A DNA stretch of 64,000 nt. It comes from an uncultured Desulfobacterales bacterium (GTDB taxonomy: Bacteria > Desulfobacterota > Desulfobaccia > Desulfobaccales > 0-14-0-80-60-11). The notes beneath the pieces were generated by a model. The model had not been told where the DNA came from and did not search any database. It worked only from the letters and a program-made list of their open reading frames with translations. The position numbers were made by a program, and so were the translations under genes. Of the stretch, positions 18,835 to 27,551 are shown piece by piece (position 1 is the stretch's first letter; the number at the start of each line of letters is the position of its first letter). The stretch lies in assembly GCA_964480485.1 (NCBI GenBank), contig CAYZOP010000001.1:431541-495540 (forward strand). The letters run 5' to 3'.

Positions 18835-19983
18835 CTAGCGCGCCGCCTTCACCTTGTCGTTGGTCTTGAAGGGCCCCCCCTTGAGCGCGGTGGCCACCGC
18901 GCCGGTGGTTCCCAAGAGTTCCGTCACCTTGAGTTCCCCTTGGACCTCATCCGCGGTAAATCCCAGAACCGCATGGGTCTGGGGGTTCACCACCTCTTTG
19001 CCGGGAGTCACCACCCGCAGGCGGTCGCCGGTCTTGACCCCGGCATTCTGCCCCAGGTTGAGATAGACCTTTCCCTCCTTGGTGAATTCCACCCGGCCGA
19101 ACCAGTCCACCTCCATGATCGCGGTGCCGATTCTGAGGCTATTGTCCCGGGCGAACTTGCCGGCGGATTCGGGCCGCAACCCGTCGCTGCCGGCGGGGGC
19201 CACCACCGAATCCGTCTTGTTCCCGAGGAACGCGTCATAGACCTCCGCGACATAGAAGCCGCTGCCCCCTTTTTCCGGGGGCACCACCCCGGTGAGGATG
19301 ACGGCCTGGACTCCCAGGTAGTCCCCCAGGGCCTGAAGGTTGCGGCGCAGCGAGAGCTTGCCGTGAATCCCGGATTTGGCCAGGGCCTCCTTGACCTTCT
19401 CCGCCGGAGCCACCTTGACGTCTTTCTGCCGACCCAGGGAGTCGGCCAGAGCGGTGGCGAGAGTCCGGTTCAGCCCTTGCTGGGAGGAAGGCGTTTCCGG
19501 ATCGGGCACTACGGCCACCGCCCGGCCGCTGTACGGGGCCTTGTCTCCCCGGGTGCGGGAGACGTACCCGCCCAGCCCCTGTTCCCGAAGGATGCGGTCC
19601 ACCTCGGCCCGCACCATCTCCTGGAGTTTGTCCGGAGGCACGGTCTTGCCCGCGGCCTTCTGCTGCTGATCGGCCACCCGCTTGGCCAGGGCATCCATGA
19701 GGTAAGACTGCATCCCCTTGAACTCCCTACCCTTTTCCACATAGATATACTCCGGCTGGTCCGGGTAGGTGAGCCAATAGGGGTTCTTGCTGCGCACATA
19801 GGGCTTGCCGTCCACCATCACCGTTTCCTGCTGGGCCTCCGGCGGCATCGCCTCTTCGGCGTCCTCCCCTTTTTCCCAGCCCACCCATTGCTTCATTTTG
19901 TCCATGGTGCCGCAGCCGGCCGCCCCCAACCCCACGGACAGGCTCAAGACGATCATTCCCCACAGCCAACCTCTGTGGCGCAT
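18835..19983 (-). CDS. Lipoprotein of unknown function
   Basis: It has a signal peptide plus lipobox (MRHRGWLWGMIVLSLSVGLGAAGC). The mature protein is charged and periplasmic-like, with a C-terminal beta-rich domain. Confidence 0.7.
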   Translation of the reverse strand: MRHRGWLWGMIVLSLSVGLGAAGCGTMDKMKQWVGWEKGEDAEEAMPPEAQQETVMVDGKPYVRSKNPYWLTYPDQPEYIYVEKGREFKGMQSYLMDALAKRVADQQQKAAGKTVPPDKLQEMVRAEVDRILREQGLGGYVSRTRGDKAPYSGRAVAVVPDPETPSSQQGLNRTLATALADSLGRQKDVKVAPAEKVKEALAKSGIHGKLSLRRNLQALGDYLGVQAVILTGVVPPEKGGSGFYVAEVYDAFLGNKTDSVVAPAGSDGLRPESAGKFARDNSLRIGTAIMEVDWFGRVEFTKEGKVYLNLGQNAGVKTGDRLRVVTPGKEVVNPQTHAVLGFTADEVQGELKVTELLGTTGAVATALKGGPFKTNDKVKAAR

Positions 19984-20052
19984 ACGCGCTCCTGCACGAT
20001 CAAAATAGGGGCCTCTGGGGGGCAGCCATATCCTCCGCCCTGACGGCCCCGG

Positions 20053-20091
20053 TAATAGAAAAGCCCACGGGGATCATACCCCGTGGGCTTT
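20053..20091 (-). terminator. Intrinsic terminator after the porin gene
   Basis: The reverse strand reads AAGCCCACGGGG-UAUGAU-CCCCGUGGGCUU-UUCUAUU. Confidence 0.65.
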
Positions 20092-20115
20092 GATCATGTC
20101 AACCGCTTTTGCGGC

Positions 20116-21465
20116 TTAGAAGAAGAACCAGGAACCGAAGCGGACGGAATGGGCCTCACCCATGTTGGTGGTCCCGATGGTCTGGTAGTAATCCGCCCGG
20201 GTGTAGGTGTACTGCAGACCGAACTTCAAAGCGGTGATGGGCCGGTAATACAGGTCGGCGGAGACTTCCCACCAGGTGTGCACCGGATCCACGAGGAAAG
20301 CATCCGGGTTGGAGCCGCCCAAGCGGTTGATGTCGTAATTGCAGCCCAAACCCGCCGCCACGTTCATGAACCACTGGTTGGTGAAGTAGTAGTTGGCCTG
20401 GACATAGCCGCCCCAGGTCTTGGTCAGGCGGCGGTCGAAGAGCAAATTGCCGGCAGCGTCGATCCCCTGGAACCGGAACTGACTGTTCACGCCCGTGGCG
20501 TTGCCGATGAAGTCCAGCCCCTCACCCACGTAAGCCTGCACCGTCAAGGCGGAAGTGCCCGCCAGGCTCTTGGTGGTGGTGGGGATCACCGGGATGAACA
20601 GGGTGCCCTGGACGACCCAGTTGTTCAGGTACTGCTGGTTGGGCTGCCTGATGATGCCGGTGGCAAAAGTGCTCCCGCCGTTCACCGCGACCACACTAAA
20701 ATCCCCGGCGCGGTAGCGGCTCCGCTGCCAGGCGCCCGCCACCTGGGCCACAAAACCCCGGGGCGCGCCATAAAACCCGGCCTTGCCCCAGAGGTCGCCT
20801 TCCCACTGGATCTTGGCCTGGATCTGCGGGGTTTCCGAGGTCTGGCCTTCCAACGGTCCGGTAGCGGCGGAGGGAGGGTAAGGCACATTGCCGGAATCGT
20901 TGGTGTCAGTGGGTTTGCCCACCAAGGCCGACAGAGTCATTTTGCCCTGGCCCAGCCCGAAGGTCTGGGTCACCCGCACTTGCGCCAGCCGCTGGGTGGC
21001 GACGCCGTGACCCTGGAAGGGACCGTCCTGAATGAGTTCCGGGTAGAACTCAGAGAAGTAGCCCCAGTACTGGCCGAAAAGCAGTTCGGTTTCCGGCCAG
21101 TTCAAGCGGAAGAAAGCATGACGCAACCGGGGCCTATAGGAGTTGGAGGCCGACTGGCGCTGGTCGCCCTGCTCGTCGAAGTCAACTTCCATGAAGCCGG
21201 TGACCTTGGCGCCCCACAGCGTGGGCCCCTTGATGGTGAAGTTGAAACGGGAAGACTGGGCCGTGGCGTTGAAGCGGCCATGAGTGGCGTTGGGATCGTT
21301 GTTCCGCCGCGGCGGGGTGTTGATGTTCTTGGGCAGCGCCGCGGAATCCCAGTAGGCTTCCAGCTTCAGATAGCCGCCCAGCGTGAACTCAGTCTGGGCC
21401 AGGCCCACCGCGGGCAGGGCCAGCAAGGCCGCCAGCACAAAGGCAAATAAGACGTTCTTTTTCAT
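20116..21465 (-). CDS. Outer-membrane beta-barrel porin
   Basis: The signal peptide is MKKNVLFAFVLAALLALPAVGLAQ. The sequence has alternating hydrophobic beta-strand pattern, is Gly/Tyr/Asn-rich, and ends in C-terminal ...GSWFFF (terminal Phe). Confidence 0.75.
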   Translation of the reverse strand: MKKNVLFAFVLAALLALPAVGLAQTEFTLGGYLKLEAYWDSAALPKNINTPPRRNNDPNATHGRFNATAQSSRFNFTIKGPTLWGAKVTGFMEVDFDEQGDQRQSASNSYRPRLRHAFFRLNWPETELLFGQYWGYFSEFYPELIQDGPFQGHGVATQRLAQVRVTQTFGLGQGKMTLSALVGKPTDTNDSGNVPYPPSAATGPLEGQTSETPQIQAKIQWEGDLWGKAGFYGAPRGFVAQVAGAWQRSRYRAGDFSVVAVNGGSTFATGIIRQPNQQYLNNWVVQGTLFIPVIPTTTKSLAGTSALTVQAYVGEGLDFIGNATGVNSQFRFQGIDAAGNLLFDRRLTKTWGGYVQANYYFTNQWFMNVAAGLGCNYDINRLGGSNPDAFLVDPVHTWWEVSADLYYRPITALKFGLQYTYTRADYYQTIGTTNMGEAHSVRFGSWFFF

Positions 21466-21579
21466 AATTCCCCCCTTGAAGTTATGGAGTAGTACCCATT
21501 TCTCCTTTCCATGTTGCTTAACCCTCTATTTTACTTGACTTTTCCGCACCTCCTTTCAGCCTTTCATTTACCCGACGCC

Positions 21580-21608
21580 ATAGTAAATTGGCGCGCCACA
21601 TTTGTCAA
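21580..21608 (-). promoter_or_regulatory. Sigma-70-type promoter for the porin gene
   Basis: On the reverse strand, TTGACA (21608-03), 17 nt, then TACTAT (21585-80). It lies in an AT-rich tract about 115 nt upstream of the ATG at 21465. Confidence 0.55.
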
Positions 21609-21646
21609 TAAAAAAATTTGAAAAAATCCGGCCCCTAGGCCCGGAA
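21609..21646 (-). terminator. Possible terminator after the ispH-fusion gene
   Basis: A short GC hairpin (UCCGGGCCUAGGGGCCGGA) is followed by UUUUUUCAAAUUUUUUU on the reverse strand. Confidence 0.4.
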
Positions 21647-21715
21647 CGTCTTAGGTTTCTCCCGCCCTTCCGGCGTTCTCCGAACCGGGTTCCCACCTCC
21701 TCCAGGCCGCGGGGC

Positions 21716-23452
21716 CTAGCAGGCGGCTCCCAGGGTATCCCAGATGAAGGCCAGGATGCCGGCCAGCACCATATTACCCTCCACCAGGGACTCCAACATC
21801 AGGCCGGACTCCATGAGGTCCAGGCGATACAGGGTCAGATATGCCAGGGCATAGAGGCCCCCCAGGCTCAGGACATAGCCCAGGGAGGGGACCAGCCCGC
21901 TTACGGCGGCAACAAGCAAGGCCGCGGCAAAGACCAGGCATCCCAGGGACAGGAGGTTCAAGGTGCGCCGGCGCCCCAGAGCGATGGCCAGGGTCTCTTT
22001 GCCCACCACCCGGTCCCCTTCGATGGCCAGAATCTCAAAGAGACCGGAGCGGATGAAGACCAGGCCGAAGACAAAGAGGAAGGCCACCACGGTGGCAGCG
22101 CTCAGGGGGCGCTCCGAGCAGACCACCGGGATCAGGGCCGCCAGCACGCCCCAGGCCAGGGAGGTGAAGACCGTCTTGGAGCCGGGGATCTCCCGCAGCG
22201 CTCCGATGCGGGTGAGGGCTGCCACGGACTCCGGCACGATCTTGAAATTATAGACCAGGCCCAGACCGCTCATGAGCAGCAGGAAGGCAAAGGCCACCGG
22301 TCCCAACACCAGCCCCAGCCCCAGGGCGGCCAGGGCCGAAGCGGCCCCGCTCACCAGCAGAAACTGCCGGTGCCGCCCGTAGAACATGGACTGCACCGGG
22401 TCATTGAGCTTGGAGGCCGCATCGGTGAAATGGTTGAGGATGTGCATGGCGTAAATATAGAAAAACGCCACGAAAAAATACTTCCACTGCGGCTGCACCT
22501 GTTGCAGCAGGGAGGAGGTGTAGCTCAGGCAGCCGGCGCCCAGGGCCACATAGAGGTTGGACTTGAGAAAGAAGCGCCAGACACGATAGAGATAGTTGGC
22601 CAGGGACCCCGGTTTGAAGGCCCAGGCGTGCTTCAGGGTGCTCACCACGTTGCTGATGAGCCAGTGGGGGGTGGAGGCGCCGGCGGTAACCCCCACCACC
22701 TGGAAGCGGCTCATCTCCGCCAAGTCCAGCTCCTGCTCGGTCTCCACGTGATAGGTGGGGATACCCGTGGCCCGGGAGATTTCCACCAGGCGCTGGGTGT
22801 TGCCGCTGTTTCTCCCCCCCACCACCACAATGGCCTCCACCTGCCGGGCCAGGGACTGGATCTCGCCCTGGCGGCTGGCGGTGGCGTCACAGATGGTGTT
22901 GAAGACCTTGATATCCGGGAACCGGGCTTTGAGCTGCGCCACCCGGGCGCTGAACTGGGCTTCGCTCTGGGTGGTCTGGGCCACCACAATAACCTTGTCC
23001 AGCTCGGGCAGGGCCGCCACGTCCTCAGCGGTGGCCACCACATAGCCCCGTCCCCGGGTGTGGCCCAACAGGCCCCGCACTTCCGGGTGGTCGGCGTCGC
23101 CCACAATGACCGTGGCATAATCCTCCTGGGCCCAGCGCCGGATAATGGCCTGCACCTTGGCCACCCGGGGGCAGGTGGCGTCGATGATGCGCACCCCGGC
23201 GCCTTCCAGCTCCCGGCGCTCCTGGGGCGGAATGCCGTGGGCCCGAATCACCACCAACCCCCGGGGCCTCTGGCCCCGCTCCAGGACGCGGATGCCCCGC
23301 TCCTTCAGCAGTTCCAGGACCTGGGGATTGTGAATCAGCGGACCGTGGGTAAAAATCTCCCCCTGGTTCTGGTTGATGGCCTTGAGGACCAGTTCCATGG
23401 CCCGTTTGACACCCATGCAGAAGCCGGAGGTGCGTGCGATGATGACTTTCAT
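21716..23452 (-). CDS. ispH: Fusion protein: 4-hydroxy-3-methylbut-2-enyl diphosphate reductase (IspH) plus a C-terminal UbiA-family prenyltransferase membrane domain
   Basis: The N-terminal ~285 aa form a complete IspH with the three cluster cysteines (SGFCMGV, DATCPRV, NTICDAT) and ...TAGASTP. The ORF continues without a stop into ~290 aa with 8-9 TM helices. That part carries UbiA-like motifs: NHFTDAASKLND (an atypical first Asp-rich motif) and IEGDRVVGKETLAIALG. Confidence 0.85.
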   Translation of the reverse strand: MKVIIARTSGFCMGVKRAMELVLKAINQNQGEIFTHGPLIHNPQVLELLKERGIRVLERGQRPRGLVVIRAHGIPPQERRELEGAGVRIIDATCPRVAKVQAIIRRWAQEDYATVIVGDADHPEVRGLLGHTRGRGYVVATAEDVAALPELDKVIVVAQTTQSEAQFSARVAQLKARFPDIKVFNTICDATASRQGEIQSLARQVEAIVVVGGRNSGNTQRLVEISRATGIPTYHVETEQELDLAEMSRFQVVGVTAGASTPHWLISNVVSTLKHAWAFKPGSLANYLYRVWRFFLKSNLYVALGAGCLSYTSSLLQQVQPQWKYFFVAFFYIYAMHILNHFTDAASKLNDPVQSMFYGRHRQFLLVSGAASALAALGLGLVLGPVAFAFLLLMSGLGLVYNFKIVPESVAALTRIGALREIPGSKTVFTSLAWGVLAALIPVVCSERPLSAATVVAFLFVFGLVFIRSGLFEILAIEGDRVVGKETLAIALGRRRTLNLLSLGCLVFAAALLVAAVSGLVPSLGYVLSLGGLYALAYLTLYRLDLMESGLMLESLVEGNMVLAGILAFIWDTLGAAC

Positions 23453-23460
23453 GGCCAAGA

Positions 23461-23487
23461 TTTTCGGTTTCGGTTCAGGGTTTCAAG
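23461..23487 (-). repeat. Related heptad array (CTTGAAA-CCCTGAA-CCGAAA-CCGAAAA) directly upstream of the ispH-fusion gene
   Basis: Reverse-strand reading. The array ends 8 nt before the ATG at 23452, and no SD is present. Confidence 0.55.
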
Positions 23488-23602
23488 CTTTACAATAGGC
23501 TTGTCCAGCCGGTGGCCAGGGTCTGGGGGCCGGAGGCCCCCACCGGATTGCATGGAAGTGGCTCACATCGGCATCACCGGCTCTGGCTGAGGCAAATTTA
23601 CA

Positions 23603-23637
23603 CCGAAATCCGAAATCCGGAAACCGAAATCCGCACC
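23603..23637 (+). repeat. Tandem heptad array CCGAAAT-CCGAAAT-CCGGAAA-CCGAAAT-CCGCACC directly upstream of the CruF-like gene
   Basis: Read directly from the sequence. The array ends 18 nt before the ATG at 23655, and no SD is present. Confidence 0.6.
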
Positions 23638-23654
23638 GGCAAAGCGGCGTCTGA

Positions 23655-24677
23655 ATGGAGACCCTCACCCTGCTTTGGGGCACCGTCTGGCTGCGCCCCT
23701 ATGTCTTCATCTTTCTTTTCTGCTACCTGGGACTGGGCACCCTGGACCTGGGTTTGGGCCGGACCCTGGTGTTTCTGGTCCTGGGCTACCTGGTGGCCTG
23801 GGCGGCGGAGTTTTCCGCCATCCACACCGGGTTCCCCTTCGGCCGCTACATCTATATCCCCGCCACCCTGGATCAGGAACTCTGGGTGCTGGGGGTGCCC
23901 TTCATGGACTCCCTGTCCTATGTCTTTTTGGCCTACGCCAGCTTCGCCACCGCCCGCCTGGCCCTGGGCGGCCTGCGCCCCGGGGCGGCCCTGGACGGCT
24001 CCTGGGGACTCACCATCCTGGCCGCCACCCTGATGATGACCCTGGACGTGATCATCGATCCCGTGGCCCTCAGGGGCTACCGGTGGTTCCTGGGCCAGAT
24101 CTACGGCTACCCCGAACCGGGAATCTATTTCGGCATCCCCTTGAGCAACTTTGCCGGCTGGTGGCTGGTCGCCGCGGTAATGATTCGCCTGCTGCAAGCC
24201 CTCCTCGCCTCCCTGCCCCCACGGCCGCCCTGGAGCCTGGGCCAAGGCCGCCGGCCTCTTCAGGCCCTCCTGGGCCCCGCCCTGTATCTGGGCATCCTGG
24301 CCTTCAACCTCGCCGTCACCTTCTGGATTGATGAGCCCCTCTTGGGCTGGGTGGGCCTCTTCATCTACATCCCCTTCCTCACCTGGCTGGGAGTGAAGGT
24401 GGCGGCAGAGCTGAATTTGGGGGAGGGGCGGGGGACCGGCGGGCCCCCCTCCCCCTCGGCCCCTCCCCCAACCCCTTACAGGGGGTGGGGGGGAGAGATT
24501 GACGGGAGAGCGGAGGATCGGCAATCCCCCGGCCCCCTCCTCAACTGCGCTTCGCCTCCAGCACCACCTTCAGTCCCCGGGCCAGGCGGTGAGCGGCCAC
24601 AAGGCTGGCGCGCCAGAAGCGGAGGAGCAGCGGGAGACGGCGCCAGTCCTGCCGCAGCCAGCCAACGGCGTCCCTAA
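23655..24677 (+). CDS. Carotenoid-biosynthesis-protein family (DUF422 / CruF-like) membrane protein with a low-complexity 3' extension
   Basis: The first ~255 aa are polytopic with TGFPFGRYIY and DPVALRG..W..., as in the CruF/DUF422 family. The last ~85 aa (GEGRGTGGPPSPSAPPPTPYRGWGG...) are encoded by a G/C-rich repeat element and overlap the convergent gene by 137 nt. Confidence 0.72.
   Translation: METLTLLWGTVWLRPYVFIFLFCYLGLGTLDLGLGRTLVFLVLGYLVAWAAEFSAIHTGFPFGRYIYIPATLDQELWVLGVPFMDSLSYVFLAYASFATARLALGGLRPGAALDGSWGLTILAATLMMTLDVIIDPVALRGYRWFLGQIYGYPEPGIYFGIPLSNFAGWWLVAAVMIRLLQALLASLPPRPPWSLGQGRRPLQALLGPALYLGILAFNLAVTFWIDEPLLGWVGLFIYIPFLTWLGVKVAAELNLGEGRGTGGPPSPSAPPPTPYRGWGGEIDGRAEDRQSPGPLLNCASPPAPPSVPGPGGERPQGWRARSGGAAGDGASPAAASQRRP
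24418..24496. repeat. G/C-rich palindromic element (M1-M2) forming the 3' tail of the CruF-like ORF
   Basis: GGGGGAGGGGC..GCCCCTCCCCC followed by CCCCCAACCCC-TTACA-GGGGGTGGGGG. Confidence 0.7.
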
Positions 24678-25311
24678 GGGTGGGAGCAACGGAGCGACTG
24701 ACGGCTTGGGCGATGAAGGCCGGGATTTCTTCCTGGGCGGGGTCGGTGATGGCCCTGAGGGCACAAAACGGCAAGCCCCGGCGGTTGGCCAGGGCCGCCA
24801 GGGCGGCGCTTTCCACTTCCAGGACCGGGTGGCTCAGGCGCGAAAGCGTCGCGCGGTGATCAGCCTTGCGGATGACTCCGGGGCAGGTGACGAAGGTTCC
24901 CAGGCAAGCGGGGAGGCCGGCCTCCCTCAGGCGGGCCAGCAGGTCCTCCCAGGGTCGCAAGAGCGGCGGGCCCGGACTTTCCTCCAATTCCCCGGTTTGC
25001 GGCTGGTATTGCCAAAAAGCTGCGGCCACCACCACCTGCCCAACCTGGAGATCAGGCCCCAGGGCGCCGGCGAACCCGGCGGAAATGAGGACAGACGGCT
25101 GAAAACGGGCCAACAGCGCCGCGGCCGCGGCCTTGGCTGCCTCCTGGCCCATGCCGCTCAGGGCCAACACCCCCCTTCCCGCCCCCGTCGGAAAGTCCCA
25201 AGCCGGAACTCCCAGCCCTGCCAGACGCCGGGCCCGGGCCAGGCGCAAAAAAGGCCGCACCTCTTGAGGAAGGGCGGCCAGGATGAGCACGGCAACCGGT
25301 TCTGCCGGCAT
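24541..25311 (-). CDS. PNP/UDP-family nucleosidase/phosphorylase (HpnG-like or MqnB/MTA-nucleosidase-like)
   Basis: LISAGFAGAL and VLEVESAALAA (the E-M/V-E-S motif) are present. The C-terminal extension resembles that of hopanoid-associated phosphorylases. The subfamily cannot be decided by eye. Confidence 0.72.
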   Translation of the reverse strand: MPAEPVAVLILAALPQEVRPFLRLARARRLAGLGVPAWDFPTGAGRGVLALSGMGQEAAKAAAAALLARFQPSVLISAGFAGALGPDLQVGQVVVAAAFWQYQPQTGELEESPGPPLLRPWEDLLARLREAGLPACLGTFVTCPGVIRKADHRATLSRLSHPVLEVESAALAALANRRGLPFCALRAITDPAQEEIPAFIAQAVSRSVAPTLRDAVGWLRQDWRRLPLLLRFWRASLVAAHRLARGLKVVLEAKRS

Positions 25312-25322
25312 GTCCAGGGGAT

Positions 25323-26057
25323 TCAGCGGGATTTGGGCGCCGGCAGGGAAGAACCCCCGGAGGCGTCGGGCGGCGGCAATTCCGGCTCCACGGGGATGCC
25401 CTCGCCCACCTGGCGGGGCCGGCCGAACCGGCGTCCCTGCACCAGCAGGTTGCCGCTTTTGTGGATAACGGTGCGGTCGTCCAGGATGATGAGGCCGTGC
25501 CGCTCGGAAATCTCCGAATAGTATTGGTACTTCATCTGTCTCTGGTTGAGGCGGTATTTGAAAAACAGGAAAAAGATCATGTAGATGGTGACGATGAGTC
25601 CCAGGCCGGCCAAGATCCAGCTCAACAATATGAAGGTATTATGGCCCAGGGAAGCCAGCCAGGACATGATATAGTCCAGGTGGTAGAGGGCCAATACGGT
25701 GACCAGCAGCAGAAACAGGATGGCCAACAGCGGCAGCCGCCGCACCTGCCGCACCACCGCGTCCAGCTGGTTTTCCGCCTCCCCCTCTGGTTGCTCGGCG
25801 GGTTCTTCGCCCAGGAAATAATTGAAGCCGGTGATGATCACTCCCATCAGGAAGGTGAAGACGATGGGAAAGGCGAAGGCCACAAAGAGGTATTCCTTCC
25901 AGGGAAAGGGGGTGTAGACGCGGTGGTACTTGTCATCCGAGGACCACAGGGCCACCACGATGAAAATCACGATTTCCAGGATGCCGATGAGCTTGAGGTA
26001 GTCGAAGAAGAGCTTTTTACGATCGGCCTTGGTAAAGTAGGAGGCGAGTCTGGACAT
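25323..26057 (-). CDS. Integral membrane protein of unknown function (about 4 TM)
   Basis: Four clear hydrophobic helices and an acidic loop (EEPAEQPEGEAEN). The codon pattern is coding-like, and the gene lies 11 nt upstream of the next gene. Confidence 0.62.
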   Translation of the reverse strand: MSRLASYFTKADRKKLFFDYLKLIGILEIVIFIVVALWSSDDKYHRVYTPFPWKEYLFVAFAFPIVFTFLMGVIITGFNYFLGEEPAEQPEGEAENQLDAVVRQVRRLPLLAILFLLLVTVLALYHLDYIMSWLASLGHNTFILLSWILAGLGLIVTIYMIFFLFFKYRLNQRQMKYQYYSEISERHGLIILDDRTVIHKSGNLLVQGRRFGRPRQVGEGIPVEPELPPPDASGGSSLPAPKSR

Positions 26058-26216
26058 TGATCCCTCTCGGGGCCAAATTTCCCCTCTTAATTGATACCAG
26101 AGAGCCGGCGTCCGGTCAATGAATTTGTGCCCACCGGCCGGTTGCCGGGCCGGCAGATGCCGGGCCCCCCTCCGGGGGTACGGCGACGTTTGGGGCCGGC
26201 CCCACCCGTTCTTTCC

Positions 26217-27206
26217 TCAGGAGTTCAGGCCGCAGCGGGCCAACAGTTCAGCGAGCCGCTGGCGGTAGGTATGGTCCCGGTGGGTGCGCCGGTGTCCCTG
26301 TCGGGCAATTTCCTCCCGCTCCCGGGGATGCGCCAGATAGTAGGCCAGGCGTTCCTTAAGTTCCGGAATGGCGCGATAAAGGACGATCTCTGTCCCCGGC
26401 TCGTAATGCTCCGGGATCTCCTCTTTAAAGTCGCACACCTGAAAGGCGCCACAGCCGCAGGCCTCAAACACCCGGGGGTTGAGGCCAAAGTCCCATTTGC
26501 CGAACCAGGTGTGGATATTCAACACCACGTGGGCCCGATGGAAGATGCCGGTCATCTCCTCCGGGGTAAAAAACCCGTCCTTGACGAGGCACCTTTGCAA
26601 AGGGGAGTGCAGGTCCAGGTGCTTTTTCCAGGGCCCCCAGATGCCCACCCGGAAGTCCCGGGCCAGCAGGCAAAGGATTTCCTCCCGGCCGGGGGACCAG
26701 TCCCCGGCGAAAGCCACTTCATAGTCGGCTCCGGGGGTTCCCAGGCGCCGGTGCACTTCCGGATAACACCCCACCGGCAGATAGAAAACCCGCTTTACCC
26801 CGGCCTCCCGGTACCGGGGGAGGCATCCCCGGGCGTTGGTGAAGTAATAGTCGTAATATGGAGCCTGCGCCAGGGACCGCCCCAGTTGGAACGGATCGTT
26901 GAGCCACCAGCAGATGGTGGTCACCCGCCGCTGTCTCACCGCGGCCACCAATTCGCCGGGCAGATCCATGCCGAACACGGCCAACAGCGCGTCGGGGCGA
27001 ACTTCCTCCAGGAGTCGAAGGAGACTCTGTTGCAGGGACCGCTGGAAGGCCTGGCGGGAGAGCCTCTTCAACAGCCGCCCCTTAAGCCCCCGGTTGCCGA
27101 AGTCAAAGCGGTGCACTTCATGTCCCATGGACTTCAGGGTCCAAAAGACATAGTCATTCATGGGCACGGTTTTCAAGTGCCCCGGCACCGCCAGGATGAT
27201 CTTCAC
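26217..27206 (-). CDS. CgeB-family / DUF3880-type glycosyltransferase-like protein
   Basis: MKIILAVPG...ICWWLNDP...YDYYFTN...VAFAGDW...LNIHTWFGKWDFGLNPRVFEACGCGAF resembles CgeB-type GT-B C-terminal domains. Confidence 0.65.
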   Translation of the reverse strand: MKIILAVPGHLKTVPMNDYVFWTLKSMGHEVHRFDFGNRGLKGRLLKRLSRQAFQRSLQQSLLRLLEEVRPDALLAVFGMDLPGELVAAVRQRRVTTICWWLNDPFQLGRSLAQAPYYDYYFTNARGCLPRYREAGVKRVFYLPVGCYPEVHRRLGTPGADYEVAFAGDWSPGREEILCLLARDFRVGIWGPWKKHLDLHSPLQRCLVKDGFFTPEEMTGIFHRAHVVLNIHTWFGKWDFGLNPRVFEACGCGAFQVCDFKEEIPEHYEPGTEIVLYRAIPELKERLAYYLAHPREREEIARQGHRRTHRDHTYRQRLAELLARCGLNS

Positions 27207-27551
27207 TTCAGCCTCGCTTCAGATGTGGCCGGAACGGGCAAGCCGCCCACCGCGGGTGGAATCCGGCCCCGTCCTTGGGCATATCACCTTCAAGCCCTAA
27301 AAACAAGACGCTCCCCGGGGGGGCCAGTGCATCGTTGCGGTCCGGCAGGTCAGGGAACCAGCCCGGGGCTCTCCCGAATCTGACAACAATCGGTGCGGGG
27401 GTTCCCGTTCCCCCATCTACCCAGGGAACGGGAACCCGCAAGGTAGCCTGATGGCGAGAAATGGTCACGGGGAGGGCAAGGAATCCGGCTCCCCAAAGGT
27501 GAATTGAACGGAGGCCACCCGGGGCGGGTTTCCCCGCCCCGGCGGCATGGT

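Noticed and set aside
27208-27468. 86-aa ORF between the CgeB-like gene and the cytochrome gene.
   Set aside because: It has no SD and an Arg/Pro/Gly-rich translation, and it lies in a region containing a GGGGCGGG-TTTC-CCCGCCCC hairpin. It is more likely a non-coding spacer.
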